Assembly: GCA_964604995.1 (NCBI GenBank)
Contig: CAZSAD010000009.1
Location: 1-52,150, forward strand
Source: an uncultured Methanosarcinales archaeon
GTDB taxonomy: Archaea > Nanobdellota > Nanobdellia > Woesearchaeales > JABMPP01
Length of the DNA stretch: 52,150 nt
Direction of reading: 5' to 3'
The notes under the pieces were generated by a model. It made no database searches, was not told where the DNA came from, and worked only from the letters and a program-made list of their open reading frames with translations. The position numbers and the translations under genes are program-made. This document shows, piece by piece, positions 37,707 through 47,100 of the stretch (the stretch's first letter is position 1; each line of letters starts with the position of its first letter).

Positions 37707-37904
37707 ATGAAAAAAAGTGTCTTTAGTGAGTTCATTGGTCAAGAAGTAAAAGTTCCTTATCGAGATGGTTCGCAATATAAAATAGCCCGTGGAAACTTAC
37801 AGGAAGCCGAAGATGGGTTTGTCAAAATTTCAGGCAAGCTTGGAACTATTATTATAAATGAAAAAAATGTCGAAAGAATGTCTTTAGCACAAGCTGAAGC
37901 ATAA
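37707..37904 (+). CDS. Small Sm/LSm(Hfq)-like fold protein
   Basis: 65 aa; FSEFIGQEVKV...DG...RGNL...DGFVKI...IIINEKNV follows the Sm1/Sm2 pattern; AAGGTGA SD upstream. Confidence 0.65.
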   Translation: MKKSVFSEFIGQEVKVPYRDGSQYKIARGNLQEAEDGFVKISGKLGTIIINEKNVERMSLAQAEA

Positions 37905-38227
37905 TTTTCAATTTTATTTTTATTTAATATTTTTTATTTAATATTTGAGGTGGACAAATTTGAGTTTACATAACAACAACAAAAATAACTTGGTAAGCAG
38001 TTACCTACTTGATGAGAACTTACTTAGTGAGAACCTACACAGTAAGATTTTAAGTAATGTAAATCCTTTAATTGAATCTTTTAATTTAAGAAATTCTAAT
38101 TTGAATTTTAATTTTCTATCGTCAGAATTATCGGAAATTAATTTTAATGAAGCTACTTTTCCTAGTACACAGTTATTTGATAATTTCTTGTTAGATAAAG
38201 ATTTTAAGTTATTATCTCTAAACAAAA

Positions 38228-38815
38228 ATGGTAGAAGACCCATCTAAAGAACAGGATACTGCAATAGTTAAACCAAATTTGGCAGATATTTATCCAAATA
38301 CTGCAAGTGCTATTGATACATTAACACATATCAATCTCCCCTTAAACCTATCAAATGAAGATTCCTCTTTAGAAATTAATAATCAAAGTGAAAAATTATT
38401 AAATTCTAAAAACATAGATCCTAAAAATATTTTTATTCCATCAAGCATTTTTTCTATAAATCTTGGTTCATTTGAAGCAATTACTTTGTATTTAAGAGAT
38501 ATTAAAAAACTAAGAAATCATGAGATTGCAAAATTAACTAAAAGAAGTGAAAAATCAACTTGGGCATCATATAATAAAGCTGTAAAAAAGAATCCTAATT
38601 TAAATCTTTCATCTTATATTGGAGTACAAATTCCATTATCTATTCTTCTCGATAGAAATTTAGGAGTTTTTGAAGCAATATGTGTATATTTAAAAGAAGA
38701 AGTTTGTATGAAGAACTGTGAAATTTCTAATCTTTTAAAGCGAGATCAAAGAACAGTATGGACTGCAATATCTAGAGCAAAAAGAAAAATCAACAATAAA
38801 ACACCAGGGGTGTAA
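38228..38815 (+). CDS. Tandem helix-turn-helix (sigma70 region-4/Tfx-like) DNA-binding protein
   Basis: Two internal repeats IP.SI....LG.FEAI..YL[RK]......N.EI..L.KR....[TV]W....[KR]A..K; true start uncertain. Confidence 0.75.
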   Translation: MVEDPSKEQDTAIVKPNLADIYPNTASAIDTLTHINLPLNLSNEDSSLEINNQSEKLLNSKNIDPKNIFIPSSIFSINLGSFEAITLYLRDIKKLRNHEIAKLTKRSEKSTWASYNKAVKKNPNLNLSSYIGVQIPLSILLDRNLGVFEAICVYLKEEVCMKNCEISNLLKRDQRTVWTAISRAKRKINNKTPGV

Positions 38816-38863
38816 AAAATGAGTGAAATGAAATGCAAACGAAACGAAATGGAGCGAAATGAA

Positions 38864-39616
38864 ATGAAATCACATAGCAAATCTAGGTATATGCCTGCAA
38901 TTTTGTGCATGGTATTAATCTTCGCTCTAGCATTGTTGATATCAATTAGCGAGAGCTCTGCAGCAACTCCTGAAGGTCCAACTATAACTTTAATTAGAAA
39001 TCAAACTTCAGTAGCAAGGAATGGTTCTATTGCGAATATCTCTGGTGCATACATAGGGTCGATTAGATTAAATGCAACACAACAAAATACCAAATGGAAA
39101 GCTTATGTAGGTAATGTTACTGGTAAAATGACATTAGATGATGCTGCAGGTCAAACAATCTATGATTGGCCAGTGTCCAATCCTAGTGGTATTGTTCATG
39201 CAACTAGAAAATCAACTGCTGTGTCCTGGTCAAATATTCAATGTGCAAATCTTACACATATAGAAAATGAAAATAGGGCAATTAATCAAACATCAGATTC
39301 TGATAATATCACTTCAACTTTTCCAACTAAAGTTCATGCACCTTTAAGTGTGGGATTAACTTCATTTGGAATTAATTCTTGTTATTCAACTCATGCATAT
39401 GTTAACAGTACTGCACAAAGTACAACATTTGACGAAGTTGCATTATATGATGGAACAGATGCTTCAAATGGAAATATAGTATATGCTACAAGGATTGAGA
39501 ATAGTGCATGGGGATTTAACAATCAAAGCTATAGTTTCCAAATGCTTATTCCTGAAATAGGTTTACCAACTTGGGCAAGTTCAACTGCTTATTACTTTTA
39601 TGTGGAGTTACAATAA
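38864..39616 (+). CDS. Secreted putative filament subunit D (WKAYVG subfamily)
   Basis: Signal peptide SSA|ATPEGPTITL; WKAYVGNVTGKMTLDDAAGQTIYDW; YYFYVELQ. The ORF-track extension 38819-38863 is a translated GAAAT repeat; ATG 38864 follows GGAG. Confidence 0.85.
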   Translation: MKSHSKSRYMPAILCMVLIFALALLISISESSAATPEGPTITLIRNQTSVARNGSIANISGAYIGSIRLNATQQNTKWKAYVGNVTGKMTLDDAAGQTIYDWPVSNPSGIVHATRKSTAVSWSNIQCANLTHIENENRAINQTSDSDNITSTFPTKVHAPLSVGLTSFGINSCYSTHAYVNSTAQSTTFDEVALYDGTDASNGNIVYATRIENSAWGFNNQSYSFQMLIPEIGLPTWASSTAYYFYVELQ

Positions 39617-39656
39617 CTTATCTGGGGCAAAAATTAAAAAAAACGACGTGAACCAA

Positions 39657-40601
39657 ATGAAAAACGAAACCCTACTCAAAATCATTGCAACAATACTTTT
39701 TTTGGCTTTTGGAATTACACTTGTCTCCACCCCTTATGCACAAGATACTTTAGCTGGTCTTTTCAATACAAATGATACAGCAATCTCTAAAGTAAATGTT
39801 ACAAATACTCCTCCAGTTGTTAGTAATGTAATTCTTTATTCAAACATCAGTTTGCCAGATATTGATTTGTATCCAGGTACAACAACTGTAATTTATTGTA
39901 ATGCAACAATAACTGATTACAATGGTTATTTAGATGTAAACATGTCAAATGCAACTCTTTATCACATAACAAATTCAAGTAATTCAGCAGACAATGAAAT
40001 AAAACATTACACAAATACAAGTTGTTTACTTTTTGGTGGAAGTGGAAGTAATATCAGTACTTCATGTAAATTTGAAGTACAATATTTTGCTTTAAATGGT
40101 ACTTGGGTATGTAATATTACTGCCAAAGATCAAACTATAGCTGGAGCTTTTGCAACTGCACAAAATTTCACTTATGAAAATATTACACCTTTAGTTGCAT
40201 TAAATGTCACAGAAATTATTGATTTTGGAACTTTAGCTCCAACTGAAAATTCAACAAGCGATACTAATGCAACAATTACAAATTTAGGTAATGTTAGGCT
40301 CGATTTGAATACCCACGGATATGCAAGAAATGACGGCGATGGTTATGCAATGGTTTGCGATGTTGGAAATTTGACAATATCTAATATAAAATACAATATT
40401 ACAACCCCTGGTTTAATGCATGCAAGTATGACTGCATTAACTGGTACAGTGGCAGGATTTACTGAAAGTAGTTTTAATTTAAATCCAGCAAATACATCTG
40501 CAGCACTTTCAAGCACTAAAACTTATTGGAAAGTTTCAGTTCCACCAGCAATTAGAGGTATGTGCAATGGAACAATTGTATTTAATGCAATGGTTGGATA
40601 A
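39657..40601 (+). CDS. Secreted two-domain protein F2 (paralogue of F1)
   Basis: From ATG 39657 it begins MKNETLLKIIAT like F1 and has the same 314-aa length; long identical runs such as NATLYHITNSSNSADNEIKHYTN and DLNTHGYARNDGDGYAMVCDVGN. Confidence 0.88.
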   Translation: MKNETLLKIIATILFLAFGITLVSTPYAQDTLAGLFNTNDTAISKVNVTNTPPVVSNVILYSNISLPDIDLYPGTTTVIYCNATITDYNGYLDVNMSNATLYHITNSSNSADNEIKHYTNTSCLLFGGSGSNISTSCKFEVQYFALNGTWVCNITAKDQTIAGAFATAQNFTYENITPLVALNVTEIIDFGTLAPTENSTSDTNATITNLGNVRLDLNTHGYARNDGDGYAMVCDVGNLTISNIKYNITTPGLMHASMTALTGTVAGFTESSFNLNPANTSAALSSTKTYWKVSVPPAIRGMCNGTIVFNAMVG

Positions 40602-40828
40602 ATTTGGGTAGTAATTTACCAATTCACATTCCAACACATATGCAATAAATATGGTTTTGTTCCAACTCTTTAAACTCAATTAGATTTAGCGCTAAAATTA
40701 TTTGTTATTTATTTCAAATTTTTTGATTTGAAATTGAATCAAACTCATAATCAAAATTACAACAAATTAACAATTTGAATCAACAATATACAACAGAAAA
40801 AATAATGTAGGTTATATAAAAAATTTAT

Positions 40829-41653
40829 ATGAAAAATATAACCATTAGTCAAAAATATTGTAAAATATCAATTAAGCAGAATTATAAAGCGGTAGCTTTA
40901 AAATTAGTTCAATCAATTCAAAAAAATGTTTTATTACCTTCTTTATTATTTACTCTATTCATATTTTTCATTTTTACAATACAATCTCAATTAGCATTTG
41001 CAGTTCCAGAAGGCCCAACTATCACTCTTTTAGGTAATCAAACAAATACTCCAGATGTTGCAAGTATAATTAATACAACTGGTGGTTCAATAACTACAGT
41101 TTTCTTGAATGCAACTACTCAAAATATTAGGTGGAAAGCTTATGTTGGTAATGTTACTGGTAAAATGACATTAGATGATGCAGCAGGTCAAACAATATAC
41201 AATTGGCCAGTATCTATTCCAAGTGGTGTAATTCACGCAACTAGAAAATCAACAACTGTTTCTTGGACAGATATTCAATGTGCTAATTTAACACACATTG
41301 AAAATGAAAATAACGCAATTAATCAATCTTTAAGTGAAGATAATATTACAACAACATTTGCAACTAAACTCCATAGGACTTTTTATGTTGGTACAACAGA
41401 AATAAATAACAATACTTGTTATTCAGTGCACACATATAGCAATAGCACTGCACAAAGTAGTTTCTTTGACGAAGTTGCATTATATGATGGGACAAATGTT
41501 ACCAATGGCAACTTAGTTTATTCAACTATGATAGAAAACAATATCAGGGGATATAACAATCAAACATATGATTTTCAAATGATCATCCCTGAAAATGGTT
41601 TGCCTACCTGGTCAAGTTCAATTGCATATTACTTTTATGTAGAATTAACTTAA
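40829..41653 (+). CDS. Secreted putative filament subunit E (WKAYVG subfamily)
   Basis: Long N-region then hydrophobic signal AFA|VPEGPTITL; WKAYVGNVTGKMTLDDAAGQTIYNW; YYFYVELT. Confidence 0.85.
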   Translation: MKNITISQKYCKISIKQNYKAVALKLVQSIQKNVLLPSLLFTLFIFFIFTIQSQLAFAVPEGPTITLLGNQTNTPDVASIINTTGGSITTVFLNATTQNIRWKAYVGNVTGKMTLDDAAGQTIYNWPVSIPSGVIHATRKSTTVSWTDIQCANLTHIENENNAINQSLSEDNITTTFATKLHRTFYVGTTEINNNTCYSVHTYSNSTAQSSFFDEVALYDGTNVTNGNLVYSTMIENNIRGYNNQTYDFQMIIPENGLPTWSSSIAYYFYVELT

Positions 41654-41688
41654 ATAATTTTTAAATCATTTAACAGTATTTTTAATTT

Positions 41689-44109
41689 TTATTTAACAGT
41701 TTCTTTACTAACTTTTTCTTGTGCTTTCTTTTTTTCAGCGTAATAAGTTTGTATAGATACTAATAAATCTTTCTTAGAAGTTATTGGTAAAATTCTTTCA
41801 GCTAAAATCTCATCTTTTATTTGTTCTCTTACCCATTTTACAATATCATTTTTTTTATCACTCACATGCCCTCTAAATATTTGTATATCCATACTTCTTA
41901 AGCTATCCATCAATTCTTCAGTGGTTTGAATTATTTGGCCATTATCCAATAACAAAGGTTTAACATTTACGATAGTAGTTTCTTTCTCTTCTTTTTTCTC
42001 TTCAACTTTAACCCCATTTGCTTTTTCAGCATCTTCCTTAGCCTTTTTAGCAGCTTTTAATTCAGCTTCAATCTCCTCTCTTTTGACAAGTTCAATTTCA
42101 AACTTTTTAGGCTCTTTTCCAACCCCTTTCCACATTTTTTCCAATCTTGCTCTCATTTCATCCAAATAAATTTGGGTAATATTGAAATTTCCAGTTTTTA
42201 CTTTGTCTAATGCAAGCTTTAATTCTAATTCTAAATCATAAACATCCAAATTCTCTTCTTTTAATTGTAAAAGTTCATATTTTAGCTGGTCAATTTCCTT
42301 ATTGTAATTATCATACAGCGTTAATTCCTCATCTCCAAGCCTTTTTACATTGTGTTTTAAAGGTCTAAAAGAAATGAAATAGGGTTTACCCCTATTCCAT
42401 TCAGAATTTTGTATCATGCCTGTTCCAGTTGATGCTTTAACTAGGCTTTGCAATAAATCAGCTCCATACTTTGTTTTAATCCTTTCCAAATCTCCTTCAT
42501 CTCTTGTTCTCATTTGCAGCTCAGTATTAATGTTTGCTTTAATTTGTCCTACAAAATCAGCAAGAACCTGGGAAATTAACATAACTCCAATACCCCATTT
42601 TCTAAATTCCCTACATGCTCTTTCAATTTGAATAAACCCTTCTCCAGAGCCGCCAAATTTAGGAAGCAATCTATGTACTTCATCATAAACAACCATAACT
42701 TTTAGTTCCTGAGCTTCTTGCAAATTAGAATGGAAAATTTCCCTAACAGTATTAGCAACAAAAATATCAATATCTTTTGGATCAAGTGTATTAATTGTAA
42801 ATACTTGTATCTCACCAGGTTTCATATAATCATTAAGTTTAATTTTTTGAAGTGCATTAGTAATTGGCTTAATATTTCCAGGATACCCTTTTGCATCTTT
42901 TTTTGGATCAAGCCCAAAATCCTTAAACATCGCAAGCATTTTTTTATTGTCTTGCTTTCTTAGCATTCCTGTCCACTGCGCAGTTGGATCAAATACAATT
43001 ACAGCAATTCCTTTATCTAAACATTCTTCAATAATATCTTGCGCAGCAACTGTTTTTCCACCACCAGTTGAACCTGCAATAATGCAGTGCGTTGTTAATC
43101 TATCAATATCAATATATGCTCTTTTTGTTGTTTCTGCAATTTTTCCAACTCTAATACTTCTTGAACCTTCCTGCGGAATAAGGTTTTGCTCAACTGCAGT
43201 ATGGTATTTTTTCTTAGCTTCTATTTTCTTTCTAATAATACTATAAGATGCAGTTCCAATAACTAAACTAAGTATAATTGGAAGAAGTGCCCATACTGGT
43301 AAAAAACCAAACATTTTGTACTTGTAAAATGGTTCATTTACTGTTGCTATTGCATCGCTTGTCATAGTAAGATTCATAAATTTCGCAGTTAAAATTAAAT
43401 GATAATCTCCAAGAGGCATGCTATTATTAGTTGGAAAAGATTTTATTATTGTTTTAGATGTTTCAAGATAATATGTCTCATAATCTAAATAAAAAGTTTT
43501 GTTTGAATCATAATGTGTAATATTATAAAATAATGTAACATTATATTTTTTTTGAATAACAAGATTGCTCATCTCCACTCTAAATCTAAGTGGAACTCCT
43601 CTATCAACAGTTTTTTCAATTGGCCACTCCTCTAAATATAATAATTCTACAGGAGTATTTTTACTAGAAGTTATTGTCATTTTTACAGGAATACTATCCA
43701 ATAAATCTCCCTTAATTTTTATTTCAAATTCATAAGTTTTTTTCTCGCCATCTCCATAAAAAGAAACATTCAAATACCCTAATCCAAATGGTGATAAAAT
43801 TAATTTATCAGTATCTAATTTTACAAAATTTTTATCTTTATCATCAATTCCAAAAAATAATGTGGCTCCATAATTCCTATAATTTTTAATTGCAATAGTT
43901 TTAGATAAAAATCCATCAATTGGAACACTTATCTCTATTTTTCCTTCTGAAAATCCAAAATCATCTTTTTTATCTTCAGCGTAACTAGTTTTTAGACAAG
44001 ATAAAGCAAATAGTAAAGTAAATATCACAACTAAATAAAATCTCAACTGTCTAATTTGTTTTCTCTTTTTTAATTTTAAATTTTTTCTTATTTGCACTTT
44101 GCCATACAC
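41689..44109 (-). CDS. Membrane-anchored HerA/FtsK/VirB4-superfamily (DUF87-type) P-loop ATPase with extracellular N-terminus and C-terminal DUF5752-like domain
   Basis: Signal peptide; beta-rich ectodomain; TM (LPVWALLPIILSLVIGTASYSII); THCIIAGSTGGGKT Walker A (43051-43074); VIVFDP; VVYDEVHR Walker B; REFRKWGIGVMLISQ motif; coiled coil; LDNG...F..HV...KND...WV.....DE.LA tail. Confidence 0.9.
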   Translation of the reverse strand: MYGKVQIRKNLKLKKRKQIRQLRFYLVVIFTLLFALSCLKTSYAEDKKDDFGFSEGKIEISVPIDGFLSKTIAIKNYRNYGATLFFGIDDKDKNFVKLDTDKLILSPFGLGYLNVSFYGDGEKKTYEFEIKIKGDLLDSIPVKMTITSSKNTPVELLYLEEWPIEKTVDRGVPLRFRVEMSNLVIQKKYNVTLFYNITHYDSNKTFYLDYETYYLETSKTIIKSFPTNNSMPLGDYHLILTAKFMNLTMTSDAIATVNEPFYKYKMFGFLPVWALLPIILSLVIGTASYSIIRKKIEAKKKYHTAVEQNLIPQEGSRSIRVGKIAETTKRAYIDIDRLTTHCIIAGSTGGGKTVAAQDIIEECLDKGIAVIVFDPTAQWTGMLRKQDNKKMLAMFKDFGLDPKKDAKGYPGNIKPITNALQKIKLNDYMKPGEIQVFTINTLDPKDIDIFVANTVREIFHSNLQEAQELKVMVVYDEVHRLLPKFGGSGEGFIQIERACREFRKWGIGVMLISQVLADFVGQIKANINTELQMRTRDEGDLERIKTKYGADLLQSLVKASTGTGMIQNSEWNRGKPYFISFRPLKHNVKRLGDEELTLYDNYNKEIDQLKYELLQLKEENLDVYDLELELKLALDKVKTGNFNITQIYLDEMRARLEKMWKGVGKEPKKFEIELVKREEIEAELKAAKKAKEDAEKANGVKVEEKKEEKETTIVNVKPLLLDNGQIIQTTEELMDSLRSMDIQIFRGHVSDKKNDIVKWVREQIKDEILAERILPITSKKDLLVSIQTYYAEKKKAQEKVSKETVK

Positions 44110-44175
44110 TTCTTATACTTCTTAAATTTCATATTCATCAAACTATTTTTTATTTATGTTCACTATTCATTTCAA

Positions 44176-47100
44176 CTATTCATCTTCATTTTGTATTTCT
44201 GTAATTTTTTGATTTAATTCATTACATTTTAACAATACTTGTGCCTTATATTTTGTTGAGATTTTTTTATATATTTCACATATACTAGTATAATCCTCTA
44301 TTGCCTCACTAACCTTACTCTCTTTTAGTTTTTGCATAGCATTTTTTATAAGATTGTTAATGTATAAAACATCTAATCTATTATGTATATCTTCTAACTT
44401 TAAGTAATACTCTTTCTTCTCATTTTTCTTTAAATCTTTGTAGACTATACTAATTTCAGCATAACCTTTTTTCGCACTCTGGTAATTATTTTTTTCAATA
44501 TTTTCAGCCATATTATTAACTAATAACTCTATTTTTGCAGATGCTTTGCTTCCAAACATAGAACCTATCAATGGCATAGTTTTTACGTCTTCAACAGTGT
44601 AAACTAAATAAATCACCAAAAGTACAATAATTACAATAATCTCAATCATAAGTCTAGTATTGTCAATCTTAAATATATCAGATTTAAACATATCAACAAA
44701 TGCAAAACCAGTAATAAAGTTCGTCCCTTGGTCAGTAAATTCAATAACCATTGGCATCATTACACTCTTCGATTTTTCTAAAGTTTTAAGATCAATATTT
44801 TTATTTATAATGTAAACATATTGTTTATCTTCAGTAAATAAAGATTTGACAATTGGATCTTCTACTACAACATCATGGTCATACAAGAAATTAATTTCAC
44901 TTGCATTCGGAGCAATTTCTTTTGGAATATATTCATAATAAAGTAATCCTTCTGATTTTTTTGAACTTTTTATTTCTTTAATAATAGCAGTGCTCTTTTT
45001 TTGTACACCTGATTGATACTCTATTTCATATACACTAGCTCTTGTTGTTATTGTAATCCCAGTTTGTAATAGTATTATCTGATCTGTTAAACTACTCATC
45101 TTTGATCTTATTTTTTTGTCATCTTGTAAACCTTTTTCAGCAATTACTATATCTTCGATATCAACTTTTGTGGGGTATTTTACAAATTCAGAATTTTCCA
45201 ATACTTTAAGATTTTTTGGCGAGTCTTGTTTAGCTTTTTCAATTGCATTAAGTAATCTATCAGTTTCAGCGTCAAGTTCTGTTTGGTTTAATCTTCTCCA
45301 TTTCAAATCGTGTAAATCTCTATTATATCTAACAACCTCAGCTTTTGAAAGTTCGAGCATTCTTTTGAATTTTATTATATCTGCAAGTTCTTTTTCAGGT
45401 TTATCATAATTATCAATATTTTTTATTAATTCATCTATGGTACTAGAAAATTCTTGTGCATCAGCATCTTGAGCATCTAAATTAACGTACAATGAATTAC
45501 TAACACTTGAACTGTTGGTTATAAAATACCAACTATCACTAAAATTAGTGTTTCCTTTTTCATCTTTACAATTTACTCTCCAAGAATAAGTTTTATTGTC
45601 TTCTAAATTTGTTAATTCTACATTACTTAAACTATTTTTTTGTGCATTAACAATTGTAGTTTCTAAAGTCCACCAATTTCCACCAGAATTTGTGTAAATT
45701 GAACAATTTACTGAACTTGCATCATTTACTTTAAATCCAATTGTGGTGGATTTTTCAGTAATCTGTGAATTGTTAATTGGAGATATCAATTCAATAATTG
45801 GAGCTTCACTATCAACTTTCCCTAAAACTATTTCAATTGAGTTGCTTGAATATAATTCAAGTGGCATATAATAAGAATAATATCCTAATTTACTAATAAC
45901 TAAATTGTAATCATCTTTTCTAATTGTAAACTTCGCTATGCCATTGCTGTCAGTTAAAGAATTGTAGTTCCCAACATTTACTGATACTGATTCCAATGGA
46001 GTTCCAGTAATATTTTCAATTACATGAATAGTAAGATTGAATAATTTTTGTACAGTGATTGTTTTAAACGATGTTAAATTCCATCCAGAGCTATTAATAC
46101 TAAGATTAACAAGGTATGTTCCATTGTTAAGATAAGTATAATTTATTTTTTCTAATGTACTATCAATTGTTCCGTCACCATTAAGGTCCCATTTAAAGCT
46201 AACTTTACTTGAATTTCCAGATACCAATGCAGCAAAAGCAACTATTTCTCCTTCATTTATTGTACTTCCATTTGAACTAATGCTAAGTTCCAAAGGATTT
46301 TGAGGTTGATTTGAAATTACATTAAATGTAACAGTTTTATTTTCAGTTAAATTTCGATACCTCATAATTCCACTAATACTATATGTTCCAATGTTTAGAG
46401 TATCTGTAAATATGTAATATGTTGGGAAAAATTTACTTGTTGCAGAATAAGAACTACTTCCACCATTAACAACTATTGTAACATTACTATTAGATCTTGA
46501 ATTAACAGTTATTTCTACTTGTTCAGTTTGATTATAAATTAATTTATCAGTTGTAATGTTAAATTCAATACAACTAGAACATGATCCTCCACAATCAATT
46601 CCTGTTTCATTTAATTCGTCATGGAAATTTTGTACTAAATCAGAGCAATTTCCATAATTGGGCGGTGTAACATTTGTCGCATTGAAATAATTATTCATTA
46701 TATTTATATCAAAATTAAAAATATAATTTTCAGAATTATTTTGCAAGTCAGATACATTAATCTCTAAAACATTACTCCCATTTTGAACAGATAAATTCAA
46801 TGCATAATTATTTAATCTTAACTCTGCAAAAGATAAGTATATTAAATTTGTTGGTGTGAAATTATTTAATCTATATCTTAAATTTAAATTTTCATCACTG
46901 CTTAAATTTACAATTAAAGGAACATAACTAAAATTAATTGAATTATTTGAAATATTAATTGTGTAATTATATCTAGTACCATCTAAATCTGGATTTAATT
47001 CAATAATTGGAGCTTGCGCATCATTAATAATAAAATTATAATCAACATAACTTAAACTATTATTCAAATTAAATATAGCTATGCTAATATTATGTGCTCC

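Noticed and set aside
37945..38247. 100-aa ORF (and antisense 38001-38243) upstream of the tandem-HTH gene
   Set aside because: TTG start, low-complexity N/L/S/F content and no motif; could be a spacer or decayed extension, but is not supportable as a gene.
34905..41653. Type IV pilins/archaellins, or outer-membrane beta-barrels with a beta-signal
   Set aside because: Signal peptides appear to be cleaved after the hydrophobic stretch (no class III motif), no PilB/TadC homologues are present, and the terminal residue is not aromatic.
41689..44109. Canonical DNA-repair herA
   Set aside because: It has a signal peptide, ectodomain and TM instead of an N-terminal HAS barrel, and no nurA/mre11/rad50 neighbours; gene symbol withheld.
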